The notes below the pieces were generated by a model. It was not told the DNA's origin. It was given only the letters and a program-made list of their open reading frames with translations, and made no database searches. A stretch of DNA of 52,116 nt. Origin: a virus. Shown here one piece after another: positions 24,656-34,766 of this stretch. Both the position numbers and the translations under genes were made by a program. Each line of letters opens with the position of its first letter. Position 1 is the first letter of the stretch. Where the stretch lies: the IMG/VR virus record IMGVR_UViG_3300006141_000023. One strand, written 5' to 3'.

Positions 24656-25831
24656 TTATTTCTTGCTTTGCTCGTCTCCTGCGATCGGCAAAATCGGGGG
24701 GATGAGCATTGCTGCTTCTTGCTTCTTCTTATCCATTACCTTTGCGTAGATTTGGGTCGTGTGGATTTCCTTATGTCCGAGGAGCTTCTGCACCGTGTAG
24801 ATGTCCGCTCCGAGGTCGAGCATCATCACGGCGAAGGTGTGCCGTCCGCTGTGGAACGTGATGTCTTTCGTTATTCCTGCCCGGACTGCCCATCGCTTCA
24901 ACTCCATTAGGTAGTACGAGGAATAGGAAAAATTCGGGAAGACGTGGTCTTCGGGATTGCGTCGCTTTCCCATGAAAGCCACTGCCTGTGGGTTGATGTC
25001 GATGTATTCCTGTCCGCCTGTCTTCTTCTGCTTGAAGACAATTCTCGTGAATTCTCCCTGTTGCCGTACCTCGCTCCATTTCATCTTTTCGATGTCGCTC
25101 TTGCGCAGTCCTGTAAGGCACGAAAAGAGGAAGGCGTTCCGAAGCACCGGGTATTTGCACTCTGCCGCTGCCATTGCTCTGACCTCGTCAAGCGTGAGGT
25201 ACACTCGCTCTCGTTCTTCGAGCTTGAACCCCTCTATACCTCGCAGGGGGTTCCGGGGTATGATGCCGTCCTCAAAGGCTTGGTTGATACAGGCTCGGAG
25301 TTTGTTGAAGTACGACACCTTTGTTGCGTTGGATATCGGTTTCATGTCCTCGGTTGTGGTAGCTTTCTTCCTCTTGTCTCTGACACGGGCAGTCTTGTCG
25401 AGGTAGTCCTTAAACCCCTGCACAAATGCCGGGGTCACGTCTCTGAACGTCATGTCGGGGCGGCAGTATCTTTCGAGGTGCTTGAGTGCGCTGTACCAAT
25501 TTCCCCAATTACCGAGGCTCTCCGGGTTCTGATGCCGTCTCTCGCAGAGCATCCTGTAATAGTCGAGAAAGTTGATGTCAAGTTTGTAGCCGTCCTCGAA
25601 ACCGAAGCGACCGTTCTGAAACTCGACCACTCTCTGCGCCCGGACTGCATCGGCAAGTTTGAGGGTCTCTTTGTTCTTCTCCTTGTCTGCTCTTGTCTTC
25701 TCCGGCACAAGATAGAGGTTGAGGAACTCGTAGCTCCGCTTGCCGTTCATGTAAATGTCGAGGTAGAGGGAGATGTTGCCGTTCCGCAACGCTCGCTTTC
25801 GGATGCGGATTGGTTCTTTCGATTTTTCCAT
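24656..25831 (-). CDS. int: tyrosine site-specific integrase
   Basis: HSGRHTFAVMMLDLGADIYTVQKLLGHKEIHTTQIYAKV (H-x-x-R ... Y catalytic box). The start is set at ATG 25831 (MEKSKEPIRIRK). Confidence 0.9.
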   Translation of the reverse strand: MEKSKEPIRIRKRALRNGNISLYLDIYMNGKRSYEFLNLYLVPEKTRADKEKNKETLKLADAVRAQRVVEFQNGRFGFEDGYKLDINFLDYYRMLCERRHQNPESLGNWGNWYSALKHLERYCRPDMTFRDVTPAFVQGFKDYLDKTARVRDKRKKATTTEDMKPISNATKVSYFNKLRACINQAFEDGIIPRNPLRGIEGFKLEERERVYLTLDEVRAMAAAECKYPVLRNAFLFSCLTGLRKSDIEKMKWSEVRQQGEFTRIVFKQKKTGGQEYIDINPQAVAFMGKRRNPEDHVFPNFSYSSYYLMELKRWAVRAGITKDITFHSGRHTFAVMMLDLGADIYTVQKLLGHKEIHTTQIYAKVMDKKKQEAAMLIPPILPIAGDEQSKK

Positions 25832-25874
25832 GTTCTCGTCTGTATTTTTGTTACTCGTGTTACTTCTTTCTTTG

Positions 25875-25895
25875 GAGTAACAAAGTAACAACAAA
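25875..25895. repeat. 21-bp direct repeat copy 1 (candidate integrase arm-type site / attP region)
   Basis: gagtaacaaagtaacaacaaa is identical to 26108-26128. Inverted GTAACA-type half sites lie at 25848-25866. Confidence 0.8.
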
Positions 25896-26107
25896 AATTT
25901 CGGAACTCAAAAGGAAAGGTTTAGAAAACGCTAAAATTTTCGAGGCTGCGTACTCGACTGATATTCGGCTGTCTTTTTCTGTCTCTTTGCGGATTGTTTG
26001 CGGTTTCTTTCCGTGTGGTTTTTCTGCTTCACTTTCCGATGCAATATGTGAAGAAACGACGTTATTATATTGATTATCAGTGTTTTATATATCTTGCTAT
26101 TTACTCC

Positions 26108-26128
26108 GAGTAACAAAGTAACAACAAA
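26108..26128. repeat. 21-bp direct repeat copy 2 (candidate integrase arm-type site / attP region)
   Basis: Identical to 25875-25895. Lies in the 460-bp AT-rich non-coding region next to int. Confidence 0.8.
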
Positions 26129-26291
26129 TCTGCAAAAATGGGGCTTTTTGACCGTGTCCTCCCTGCAAATATACGCTTTTATTTCGTCTCTTACAAATCC
26201 GGGGTGGTGGATGGTTTCGCGGATAAAATAAGAGCGACCTATCCTCTCGGACACGCCGCTCTTGAGAACATGAAATTGACTCTCTGTCTGC

Positions 26292-26816
26292 TTATGTGGT
26301 CTTGGTCAGTAATCGCCGGGCGAGGGTTATCAGTGGCTTCCTGCAAACCCGGCCGATGCAGAGGACAAGGGCGGTTACGAGCCAGCCCCATGTATCGAGG
26401 CGTATCTTCTGCCATGAGGTCAGTTCTCGCTCGACTTCTTTCGGGACTTCCACCGGGACTGGCTTCTCGATGAATTTGTCGACGTACACCGTGTCTGTCG
26501 AATTCTTGACCGGGACTGGCTGCTTTGTCGGTTTATTGTGTAGCGTGTGGGTCAGAGTGCCGTCCTCGTTGATTCTTGCGTCGCTCTCGGCATAGTCGGT
26601 TTCGAGGTGGGATTCCTTTCCGGGAGTGGTGCGTTCTGCGCTCTGCGCCGGAATTTCAATGAACACCGTGTCGATAGTCTCGATGTGGACTATCTTCGTG
26701 TCAGTGTTCGTCTCGATCGGCACAATAGGGAGCTGTTCCTGTACCGTCTTGTGAGTCTTGCAGCCTGTCGTGAGGAGTGCCCCCGACAGGAGAATTAATA
26801 AAGTGGTCTGCTTCAT
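26292..26816 (-). CDS. unimolecular-spanin-like lysis protein (N-terminal lipoprotein signal plus C-terminal transmembrane domain)
   Basis: MKQTTLLILLSGALLTTGC lipobox and C-terminal WGWLVTALVLCIGRV. Overlaps the endolysin stop. Confidence 0.5.
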   Translation of the reverse strand: MKQTTLLILLSGALLTTGCKTHKTVQEQLPIVPIETNTDTKIVHIETIDTVFIEIPAQSAERTTPGKESHLETDYAESDARINEDGTLTHTLHNKPTKQPVPVKNSTDTVYVDKFIEKPVPVEVPKEVERELTSWQKIRLDTWGWLVTALVLCIGRVCRKPLITLARRLLTKTT

Positions 26817-27466
26817 GGCTTCTGTGCTTTGAGATAGTTGATGATTCCGTTGACGTGGAGTGCCGTGAGATGCTTCTTACCGTCCTCGGAATTGAGGAAG
26901 TCCACGTCTGCCTTGTTGTCTTGAAAGAGCGACTCTGTGAGGACTGCCGGACATTGAGTGTGAACGAGAATGTAAAATCTCGCTTCATAATCGGGGTCTC
27001 CGTCGGAGTAGTCTGTGCGCACGGGTCTCTGTTTGCTGTCATATTTGCCGAGGCTCTTGTGGATTGGGAACTGCTGAATATATCCGGCAAGCTCCACCTC
27101 TGCGGCATTGTAGAGGCTTGTGGCGAGAATGTCGGCTTTCGTCTGTCCCGGCGAGGTGTATGCGCACCAACCTCCGGCGGTCTTCCATTTGCCGTCCGCT
27201 CCGGCTGCGTTGCAGTGTATTGAAACGAGGATTACGTTCTGTGTTCCGAGCTTGTCGCACATCGCGTTCACTCGCCTGCATCGCTCTCCGAGGCTGATGT
27301 CCCGGTCTTCCGGCACGATACGCTCTGCGTCGTAGCCATTGGCTTTGAGTTGGGCTACGATTCGTGTGGCGATTTCTCTCGCCCATTTGTATTCCCGAAG
27401 GCTTTTGTCCGGGGCGCATTTCCCGGCTGTGTCTGAGCCGTGTCCGTTGTCGATTAAAATCTTCAT
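26813..27466 (-). CDS. N-acetylmuramoyl-L-alanine amidase endolysin (Amidase_3-like)
   Basis: KILIDNGHGSDTAG...EYKWAREIA...ILVSIHCNAAG. Confidence 0.8.
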   Translation of the reverse strand: MKILIDNGHGSDTAGKCAPDKSLREYKWAREIATRIVAQLKANGYDAERIVPEDRDISLGERCRRVNAMCDKLGTQNVILVSIHCNAAGADGKWKTAGGWCAYTSPGQTKADILATSLYNAAEVELAGYIQQFPIHKSLGKYDSKQRPVRTDYSDGDPDYEARFYILVHTQCPAVLTESLFQDNKADVDFLNSEDGKKHLTALHVNGIINYLKAQKP

Positions 27467-27900
27467 TGGGGTAATAATTTTTGTGAATGATACTCTTCCT
27501 TTGTCATTCCCGGTTTGGGAGGGGTCTGTGCGTTGGGCGGTCTTCTGAACGGGCAGTCGTTATCGTCGCAGCGAACCTTTACAAGTTCAATTCGCAGCTC
27601 TGCTTTCTCCTGCTCATGCTTTATCTCCATCTCCGCCATCTTGGTCGTGAGGTCGAGAATTTCGGTGTTCTGCTTTCTGACAAGTTGCGTCTGTTCTGCA
27701 AACCGTTCCTCTTTCGCCTGTAGCTGCTTTTGCAGCCATTCGTTTGTTTCCTGTAGGTGGTGGAATTCTGCGCTCTCTGCTTCGGCGAGGGCTATGCGAG
27801 TGTTCGTCTTGCGGTTGAAGAACCACTTGATGCACTCAAACCCTCCCAAAGCTCCGAGAATTGCTACGAGAACCTGCCACCATGTCGTTGCTTGTTCCAT
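27463..27900 (-). CDS. lysis-cassette membrane protein (holin or i-spanin-like)
   Basis: A single N-terminal transmembrane domain (WWQVLVAILGALGGFECIKWF) followed by a coiled coil. It is the first gene after a phage promoter and lies upstream of the endolysin. Confidence 0.35.
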   Translation of the reverse strand: MEQATTWWQVLVAILGALGGFECIKWFFNRKTNTRIALAEAESAEFHHLQETNEWLQKQLQAKEERFAEQTQLVRKQNTEILDLTTKMAEMEIKHEQEKAELRIELVKVRCDDNDCPFRRPPNAQTPPKPGMTKEEYHSQKLLPQ

Positions 27901-27931
27901 GCGTCGATGTGGGGTTTTTATGGTTCAATTG

Positions 27932-27965
27932 CAAAGTTAGTCATTTCTGATTACATTATAATCAC
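27932..27965 (-). promoter_or_regulatory. promoter with TAACTTTG -7 box plus 19-bp palindrome (lysis cassette)
   Basis: caaagtta at 27932-27939 and CTGATT-ACATTAT-AATCAC at 27947-27965. The ATG is at 27900. Confidence 0.6.
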
Positions 27966-27979
27966 TTCGCGCTACGAAT

Positions 27980-30900
27980 TTAGAGCGTACTCCACGAATT
28001 GCCGCCGTTGGTTGTCTTCTGTACGCCGCTCGTGGTCACTCGCAGTCCGTAATTGCCCACGCGGACGATGAGTCCCTCTCCCGAATGGAAGCGCAGGTAG
28101 TTCGCGTTGTAAATCGCCATGAAGCCGTTCTTGGCAATAAAAACCTCCTCCTTTGCGGTCTTCGCCTGTAAGCCTTGAGACAGGACTTGGAGTGTGCCGT
28201 TCCACAAGCTGTACCCGGTAACGTACACCGTGAGGTAAATCGCGATTCTGATACGTCCGGCTGTTGGGATTGTGATTTCTCCCTGTCCTTGCGAAAGTGC
28301 GACCTGTCCGATTAAATCCCAAGAGTTGCCGTTCTTTTTGAGGACGTTTGCGTACATGGATGTCGTGATTTTGTTGTATGGGATCGCGTTCCCGTTAAAG
28401 TCCTTGAGTTGGCAGTTCCCTTGAAGGTCTCCGAAGTCTATTCGGGTGGAATTCTCCGCTATGTCATACTCCACGTAACCATAGAGGGTATTGTCTTCGG
28501 TCGGGGCATAGTCATCACGTCCTTCGTCATAAAAGGCTGCGTATTCAAATGCCACTTCGGTCGGGGTCTCTCCGATGTAGGTCGCGCTTCCTCCGTAGGC
28601 TTTCACGACGAGATCTGTGGTCTTTCCGGCTGCGTTGACCGAGGGCAGGGCGTTGGGCGTGATGCGGAGGCGTTCTATGCCGTCGTTGTCCACTCCGACT
28701 AAATCCTTGCCATCGACGAAGATCCAGCCAATCCTTGCGCCTGTGCCATCGAACACGACCTTGCCGGCTGCAAAGGACGCGATGTTCTTCAGTCCGTCGA
28801 TGAAGAAGTTCGGGACTCCGTTGGTCGTTGCCAAGCTCTCAAGACGTTGGTTTCTGAATATGAGGTTGGCGATGTTGGCGTTCTCCGCGAGGAGCAGTCC
28901 TGTTGCCACGCTTTCAAACGATGAGCCGAACTGATTCCAATAATCCGTATTTGTCGGGACTTTGTTGGAGAAGCCGCCCACGCCATTGGGAGCGTCCGTC
29001 CTTGCCACATAGTATGTGCTGCCGTAAAATACGCAGTCCACCCTGCTGGCGTTGCCGTAGTAGGTCTTTGATGAGCTGTAGTTCCCTCTGAAAACAAGAG
29101 CAGGACTTTTGCCGTCTTTGCCGTCTTTGCCGTCCTGCGGAGTCATGCGTACCGGGATTGACCATGCGCTGACGAGGGATGTTCCGCTGCCGTTCTTCAC
29201 GGCTTTCGTCATCCACAGGTAGAATCCTTTGTTGACGGTCGGCATCGCCGTTGACCACCCGGATGGGTTGAGGGAATTCCGCACAAGTGTCGGGGGAGTC
29301 GTTGTCGAACCATTGACAGCAAATCGGTACTCGGTATAGTTGCCCGGCTGTCCTGTCGAGCCGTTCTGTCCATACTTCGCCCAAAGTGCGGCAACCGCGT
29401 TATTGCTCGCACTCCCGATGAATGCTCCCCATGCGCCCTCAGTCTTCTTCCTGTAGCAAACCCATTCGTAGGGGTATGATGATGTTACCCCTGTCGGGTC
29501 ATCCGTCCAGCCGCTTGGCACGAAGCCGTCGGTCTGACTGATATCCGTGGGGGTTGACGGTGCGCTTGAGGAAGCGGTGCGCTTGTAGATGAATTCATAG
29601 CCGAGACCGTCTTGCCCTGTCCACTTCATCCACTTGTAGTCGTTCCATGAGGAGCTGTCCGTGGGGTTGTTGTCTGAGTAGATGCCTATGTATTCTCCGG
29701 GGGTTTCCCCGTTGTTGGCTGTCCAATCGTTTACCGTGAGGCTGTTGGCGAATTTGATATGAACGTATGCGTTCTTTCCAGCAGCTCCGGGATTACCTGT
29801 ATCTCCTTTGATGCGTCCTACGTTTACCCATCGTTCTGTGTCGGCGACAAAGAGGTCTCCGTCTTCAGAAGAGTCATCATTTGACATGATGTAAGCATCG
29901 CCCGGTTCTGCATACTTGGTCATCCATCCCGGTGCAAATCCAGGGCGAGGGATACCGTATTGCTTGATGATGCAATATTTCGTTTCCTCTGTGGCTTCCG
30001 TTCCGGCTTCGAGGTCTGTATCGATGAGGTATGTTCCGAAGCGCGTTGCTCCTATGCCGGACGCTGTCCACTCCGATAGTTTTCCGAAGTGTCCTGTACA
30101 ATTTCCCTTGATATGGATTGAGGAACCGTCTTCACCACTCTCCCCCTTGATGCGCGACATCTGCCATTCGCTCCATACTCCGTTGCTCTTGCGTGAGGTC
30201 GCCATCCATATTGTGTCAGTAGAGGACTCGTTGCTCCATTGGGTATTTGTGTTGGGGTGTCCTGTCGGAGCGGTCGGGTTTTCCTCTGACGAGAATTCGA
30301 CATCGAAGTCTGCGGTGTCGGTCATCTGTCGTGGGGCTGTCCATGCGCTCTGCTGCGGTGCTTTGCCGTCAGTCGTGAATATGCGTGTAGATGCCCATAG
30401 CTTCGCTTCTCCGGCAGGGATACCGTCGCTCCAGCCTGTCGGTACGGGATTGCTGAAACTGCCGCCTGTCGGTCGTGCAGGATTGCTGTTTGTCCGGCAG
30501 AACACGGTTGATTTGAATGAGGCGTTGGGACTGATTCCGTCTTTGCCCGGTTCTCCGGCGACACCTGCCGCCGAGACTTGCCATGAGAGCGTGTTGGTGG
30601 GCGGCACTCCTGTTATGGGTGTCGGCGAAATGCAACGGTATGAGGATGTCGGACTCTGCTCGTCGGGGCGGTAGACAACCTCGTCTCCGTTGAAATAGGT
30701 CGTCTGTGCATTGTATTCCCCTCGGTAGCAGCCGAGCGGAGATTCGTCGATTCCGTTTTGGCTCTGCACCATCACACCTTTGAATTTCAGTTCTCCGTCT
30801 CCGTCAATGTTGAACTGCAACTTGTCTTTCAGCTTCATGGCGGCATTGAGCATATCGAAGTAACTCTGTCCATCAGATGCGAGGAGGCGGTCTGCGGTAA

Positions 30901-33043
30901 TGCGTCCGGGGAGTATCTCCGTGAAGCCGTAGAGGGTTGCAAAGCTGCGCTCTCCGTCGTACTCCGTGTTGAGGACTCCGACAAGCAGCCAGTAATAATT
31001 GCCTTCTTCGAGCTTATGGGCTACGGTTTCAAGTCTAAACTCCGCGCTCCCTGCGACTCCGCTGAATTGCTTGACTGCGCGAATGTAAAGGTAATATTTG
31101 ACTGCTCCGTCTGTCAGTGATGCGCTCTCGAAAGATGCCACGTTCCAATAGAGGTACTCATTCGGCTCGTGGCTCGGTCGTATGCTGTCAATGCCGAGAG
31201 TGAGGTGCTGTATCGTTCCGGCAGGAGCGACGAGCTGCTTGGTTTCTTCGCTCCATTCTATATTGTGAGGAACAGCTTCTGTACTGCCCGGCTGTGCTAC
31301 AAACTGATATTGCAGTCTCTCGTCGCCTACGAGCAAGGACATCGTTTCGACCGCTATCGGGTTAATGCGATTCGTGAAATTGTCGGACAGCGCGGCTTCG
31401 ATCATCTCGATTGTTTCCTTTGCGTCTCTGAACCTACGCTTCGTAAACTGCAACGCTGCCCGGTGGTTCTCGTCTATGACTACTTCCGTGCTTTGCAGTT
31501 CCTTGAGGGTTGAGGAAACGCTGCCGGAGACGGTCTCGTTGCTCAGTGTAATCTTTGGCTTATGTGGATTGTTGATGTAGTCCTTGATGTTGGTAATGCG
31601 CACAAGCACTCCCTCTCGCTCGAACTGCTCGTTAGTAAAGCGCACGAACCCTCCGAGGCGGATTCTTCCCCCGATGTTTATCCAATCTTTTTTTGCCCAT
31701 ATACCGTCGAGTTCCCCGGTAAAGGAGAACTTCATCTGCTCGTTGTCAAAGAGGTGCTTGACCGCTGCTCTGAACATATCCCATGACGCTCCGCTCTTGT
31801 CTGCGTCATTGCGAATGTATGCATCGGGGAGCATGACGTTGAAGACAGCGTAAGTGTCGCCCGGCTTTGGAACAAACGAGCCGCCGGGCATCATCATTCC
31901 GTCGATTTCCTGCGCCACGATTTCAAAGCGTCTTCCGGTTTTGTTCTTGCCGTTGATAGTCTTCGGCTCATGGTAATATTTGACATCGAATTCGCGCCCG
32001 GCAAGTTCCCCGGATTGGAAAACAACAGTCATCTGCTCCTCTCCGATGAGGTAGTCTTCATAGTTGAGGTCTGCCGGAATGCTGCTGTCGATGAAGTCGT
32101 AGAAATTCTTGTCTTTGTCCACCTCTACCACTTGGCTGATTGTGCCGACGCGCTTCGGGTAGTCATCGCTGCGGTCGAGGCTGTCTTCTGCAAGCGTGGA
32201 TAGCTCCTTGTCGATGTTTCGGATTGACAGACCGAGGTCATCGACAATGTAATGCCGGGCTGCATCGGGATTGTATCCGTCTTCATTCTCGAAGTGTTCG
32301 CCGTCATATCCGATGGTCTGTCCGACCGGGAGCAGAAGGCAACCGCCACTCGTTGCCCGGAGAGTCTCCGATGCAGGGTATTTGCTTCTGTCGATGTTTC
32401 TGTCTCCGCCTTGAACAAAGAGGATTTCGGTCGGCAGGGAGTCTCCGCTATTGCTCCTACCGACACCCGATTTGAAGCCGTTTCCCCTGCCGTATGAAAG
32501 AGGCAGAGGTTGGCTCTTGCTGTATTCCACTTTTCGCAAGGATACCCTTTTCCCCACAATCTCGAATTCGGTTTTGAATGTGGTGGCTTGCTTCGTGAGG
32601 GCATCCCAGCAGTAGTCGTGGTCGTAGCTGATGAGTGTCTCCACATCGTCAATGCATTCGCCGACCGTCCAGCCGGAGTCTCGCCTGTTCATATTGTCCA
32701 CGAACATCTGAAGGTGTTCTTTCGGCTTTGCTGTCAGTGGAAATTTGAGGCGACCATCTACCGGGTTTCTGAATTTCCAAATCTTTGCCTTGTCCTGTTC
32801 GCTCGAAAAGGTTACGGTGTAGTCGTAGAGCCGCGTGTGCTTCATCTTTAGCTGTTCCGGGCGCAAGAGAAAATATCGCGTACCCTCGTACTCGCAATAT
32901 GAACCTACGGGTATCTCGACGTGTGTCGGGAGCGAGTAGTAAAGAGTGAGGTTGTGGTCGCCCATAATCGCCCGGTTGCGGTAGCTGTTGTCATTTACCA
33001 CAATGTCGAGAATGAGCCTGTCGGTTTTGTCGTAAATCTTCAT
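27980..33043 (-). CDS. tail-tip/tail fibre protein (Tal-like N-terminus, long fibre)
   Basis: 1687 aa and the last tail gene. It has three internal P[ST]GW[ST]...W...AW..P repeats, a short GKDGKDGK stretch and a C-terminal LRVTTSG strand motif. Confidence 0.7.
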   Translation of the reverse strand: MKIYDKTDRLILDIVVNDNSYRNRAIMGDHNLTLYYSLPTHVEIPVGSYCEYEGTRYFLLRPEQLKMKHTRLYDYTVTFSSEQDKAKIWKFRNPVDGRLKFPLTAKPKEHLQMFVDNMNRRDSGWTVGECIDDVETLISYDHDYCWDALTKQATTFKTEFEIVGKRVSLRKVEYSKSQPLPLSYGRGNGFKSGVGRSNSGDSLPTEILFVQGGDRNIDRSKYPASETLRATSGGCLLLPVGQTIGYDGEHFENEDGYNPDAARHYIVDDLGLSIRNIDKELSTLAEDSLDRSDDYPKRVGTISQVVEVDKDKNFYDFIDSSIPADLNYEDYLIGEEQMTVVFQSGELAGREFDVKYYHEPKTINGKNKTGRRFEIVAQEIDGMMMPGGSFVPKPGDTYAVFNVMLPDAYIRNDADKSGASWDMFRAAVKHLFDNEQMKFSFTGELDGIWAKKDWINIGGRIRLGGFVRFTNEQFEREGVLVRITNIKDYINNPHKPKITLSNETVSGSVSSTLKELQSTEVVIDENHRAALQFTKRRFRDAKETIEMIEAALSDNFTNRINPIAVETMSLLVGDERLQYQFVAQPGSTEAVPHNIEWSEETKQLVAPAGTIQHLTLGIDSIRPSHEPNEYLYWNVASFESASLTDGAVKYYLYIRAVKQFSGVAGSAEFRLETVAHKLEEGNYYWLLVGVLNTEYDGERSFATLYGFTEILPGRITADRLLASDGQSYFDMLNAAMKLKDKLQFNIDGDGELKFKGVMVQSQNGIDESPLGCYRGEYNAQTTYFNGDEVVYRPDEQSPTSSYRCISPTPITGVPPTNTLSWQVSAAGVAGEPGKDGISPNASFKSTVFCRTNSNPARPTGGSFSNPVPTGWSDGIPAGEAKLWASTRIFTTDGKAPQQSAWTAPRQMTDTADFDVEFSSEENPTAPTGHPNTNTQWSNESSTDTIWMATSRKSNGVWSEWQMSRIKGESGEDGSSIHIKGNCTGHFGKLSEWTASGIGATRFGTYLIDTDLEAGTEATEETKYCIIKQYGIPRPGFAPGWMTKYAEPGDAYIMSNDDSSEDGDLFVADTERWVNVGRIKGDTGNPGAAGKNAYVHIKFANSLTVNDWTANNGETPGEYIGIYSDNNPTDSSSWNDYKWMKWTGQDGLGYEFIYKRTASSSAPSTPTDISQTDGFVPSGWTDDPTGVTSSYPYEWVCYRKKTEGAWGAFIGSASNNAVAALWAKYGQNGSTGQPGNYTEYRFAVNGSTTTPPTLVRNSLNPSGWSTAMPTVNKGFYLWMTKAVKNGSGTSLVSAWSIPVRMTPQDGKDGKDGKSPALVFRGNYSSSKTYYGNASRVDCVFYGSTYYVARTDAPNGVGGFSNKVPTNTDYWNQFGSSFESVATGLLLAENANIANLIFRNQRLESLATTNGVPNFFIDGLKNIASFAAGKVVFDGTGARIGWIFVDGKDLVGVDNDGIERLRITPNALPSVNAAGKTTDLVVKAYGGSATYIGETPTEVAFEYAAFYDEGRDDYAPTEDNTLYGYVEYDIAENSTRIDFGDLQGNCQLKDFNGNAIPYNKITTSMYANVLKKNGNSWDLIGQVALSQGQGEITIPTAGRIRIAIYLTVYVTGYSLWNGTLQVLSQGLQAKTAKEEVFIAKNGFMAIYNANYLRFHSGEGLIVRVGNYGLRVTTSGVQKTTNGGNSWSTL

Positions 33044-33152
33044 ATTCTGATGCGGAGTTATTTTATTGGAATTTGCGCCCTGCTGCGTCGTAGTCGTTCA
33101 GATGTGCGGTTGTTCCACTCGACCCGAAACGATGCGACACAGGGGCGCATTT
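33044..33152 (-). promoter_or_regulatory. conserved leader element, copy c (upstream of the 1687-aa tail fibre gene)
   Basis: Minus sense: UGCGCCCCUG-UGUCGCAUCGUUUCGGGUCGAGUGGAACAACCGCAC...CAGGGCGCAAAUUCC-N-AAAAUAACUCC-N11-AUG. Confidence 0.6.
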
Positions 33153-33166
33153 GGCTTCACTGCGGA

Positions 33167-33565
33167 TTACTTGATGCCAAGCTCGACGCAGTCTGCATCG
33201 ACCTGTTCCTTGAGGGTCTTGCGACATTCGAGGAATTCCTTGTATGCCGCGATTCTCTCTTTGGCTTCGTCGCTTGTCTTCGAGCCGCCGACCATGCCGA
33301 GATTGGCTGCGTTAAACTCGTTGACGAGCTTCTGCTCGTGCGAAGCCGGACAGATTGCCGTGATGACCGCTTCCGTGATTTTGTTGGGCGATAGCGGAGC
33401 CCACACGATTACTTCATCGCACTTCCACGAGGTTCGGGTGCTGACGGGTTCGTCTGTTCCCTCGGCATGGATTTCCGAGGTCTGTTCTTCGATGTTGAAA
33501 CGGTAGATGTAACTGCCGTTCCCTACTGCTTCCAAAACGGAAGGCTTTTCGTCATAAAATGCCAT
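33167..33565 (-). CDS. hypothetical protein (132 aa) overlapping the RT stop
   Basis: Overlaps the RT gene by 14 nt, so it is possibly part of the DGR cassette. Confidence 0.5.
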   Translation of the reverse strand: MAFYDEKPSVLEAVGNGSYIYRFNIEEQTSEIHAEGTDEPVSTRTSWKCDEVIVWAPLSPNKITEAVITAICPASHEQKLVNEFNAANLGMVGGSKTSDEAKERIAAYKEFLECRKTLKEQVDADCVELGIK

Positions 33566-34622
33566 TTTGAAATTCGGGTTTAATTATGGTTTTTAATAAG
33601 TGCTTGCTGTTGCTGTGCTGCGCCCAACCGAGCCACGATGCGACTCTCTGCTTGTAGTCGGCAAGTGAAATGTCGTTGCGTTTGTTGAGCTTGGCTACGG
33701 TGCGGCAGAAGTTCTGCTTGATGCTCTTGCGTATCAGCTTCTGTTCCCGGTAGAACTTATATCCAACGAAATCGAGGGCGCGTCCGTGGCGGTCTTCCCT
33801 GTTCTTGGCGAGAGGGAAGATTTGCCAATTGCCCTTTATCTCAAGTTCAAGCTCGTTCTCAATGAAAGGCTTGATGTGTTCAAAGAACATTCGGCGAAGC
33901 CATTCCGGGCTTGTGCCGTAGAACGCGAAATCGTCAGCGTATTCATCTACGTCGATGCGCCATTCCTCATTGCATAGGTGCATGAATACTGCAAAGACAA
34001 GGTTGGCAAGGTACTGCGACAAATAATTCCCGATGGGGAGGTTTTCTCCGTCGCATATCTCGTCCCTGCGCACTGGGTGGGGAGTACCGTTCACGCTGTC
34101 GATTATCTCGTCAATCAGCCATAGAGTGTCAGGACATTTGATTTTCCACCTTGCGGCTTTCTTCAGAACCTTGTGCTTGAGCGACGGGTAGAACTTCTTG
34201 ATGTCGATTTTGAGGATGTAGAGGGGTTGTCCGTCGTACTTGCGGATGTGCCGCTCGACGCTTCGAGCGCATCCCTCTATTCCTCTGCCTTTGACGCAGG
34301 AGTATGTGTTGTGCGTAAAGGCTGCGACCCATATCGGTTCGAGAATGTTCATTATTGCGTGATGAACTATTCTGTTGGGGTAATATGGAAGACGGTAAAT
34401 CAGCCGTTCTTTTGGCTCATAGACCGTGAATACTTCGTAGGCTGAGGTTTTGTATGTCCGGGTTAGCAACGCTTCGTGCAGGGCTTCAAGATTGGCTTCT
34501 CGGTTTCGATCATGATGCCGCACTCCGTATGTGCGGTGTTTCCCCCGGCGAGCCTTTTGGTCAGCCAGCCGGAGGTTCTCCACCGAGATTATCTTTTCGT
34601 ATAAGTTTCCTATACGCTTCAT
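33552..34622 (-). CDS. DGR-type reverse transcriptase
   Basis: YADDFAFYG catalytic box and the IGNYLSQYLANL motif ([LIV]GxxxSQ, typical of DGR RTs). It lies 145 nt downstream of the TR. Confidence 0.9.
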   Translation of the reverse strand: MKRIGNLYEKIISVENLRLADQKARRGKHRTYGVRHHDRNREANLEALHEALLTRTYKTSAYEVFTVYEPKERLIYRLPYYPNRIVHHAIMNILEPIWVAAFTHNTYSCVKGRGIEGCARSVERHIRKYDGQPLYILKIDIKKFYPSLKHKVLKKAARWKIKCPDTLWLIDEIIDSVNGTPHPVRRDEICDGENLPIGNYLSQYLANLVFAVFMHLCNEEWRIDVDEYADDFAFYGTSPEWLRRMFFEHIKPFIENELELEIKGNWQIFPLAKNREDRHGRALDFVGYKFYREQKLIRKSIKQNFCRTVAKLNKRNDISLADYKQRVASWLGWAQHSNSKHLLKTIIKPEFQNGIL

Positions 34623-34766
34623 TGCTTTGCTTTCTTACTTGGGGCTTTCGGTCGTCGATACGAGGGACGTGCCTACTAACTCCTTTTAGGGTGGTCGATA
34701 TTTTTTGCCAAGAGGCACGGTCGTCTTCCTGTTATTTCGTCGGGGTTTATTCCGTCGAGATTCTTT
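34623..34766 (-). ncRNA. DGR spacer between TR and RT (part of the presumed TR-containing template RNA)
   Basis: Non-coding 144 nt between the TR 3' end and the RT start codon. Confidence 0.5.

Noticed and set aside
25832-25894. 21-codon N-terminal extension of the integrase ORF
   Set aside because: It overlaps the 21-bp direct repeat and promoter-like AT-rich DNA. MEKSKEPIRIRK at 25831 matches the usual integrase N-terminus.
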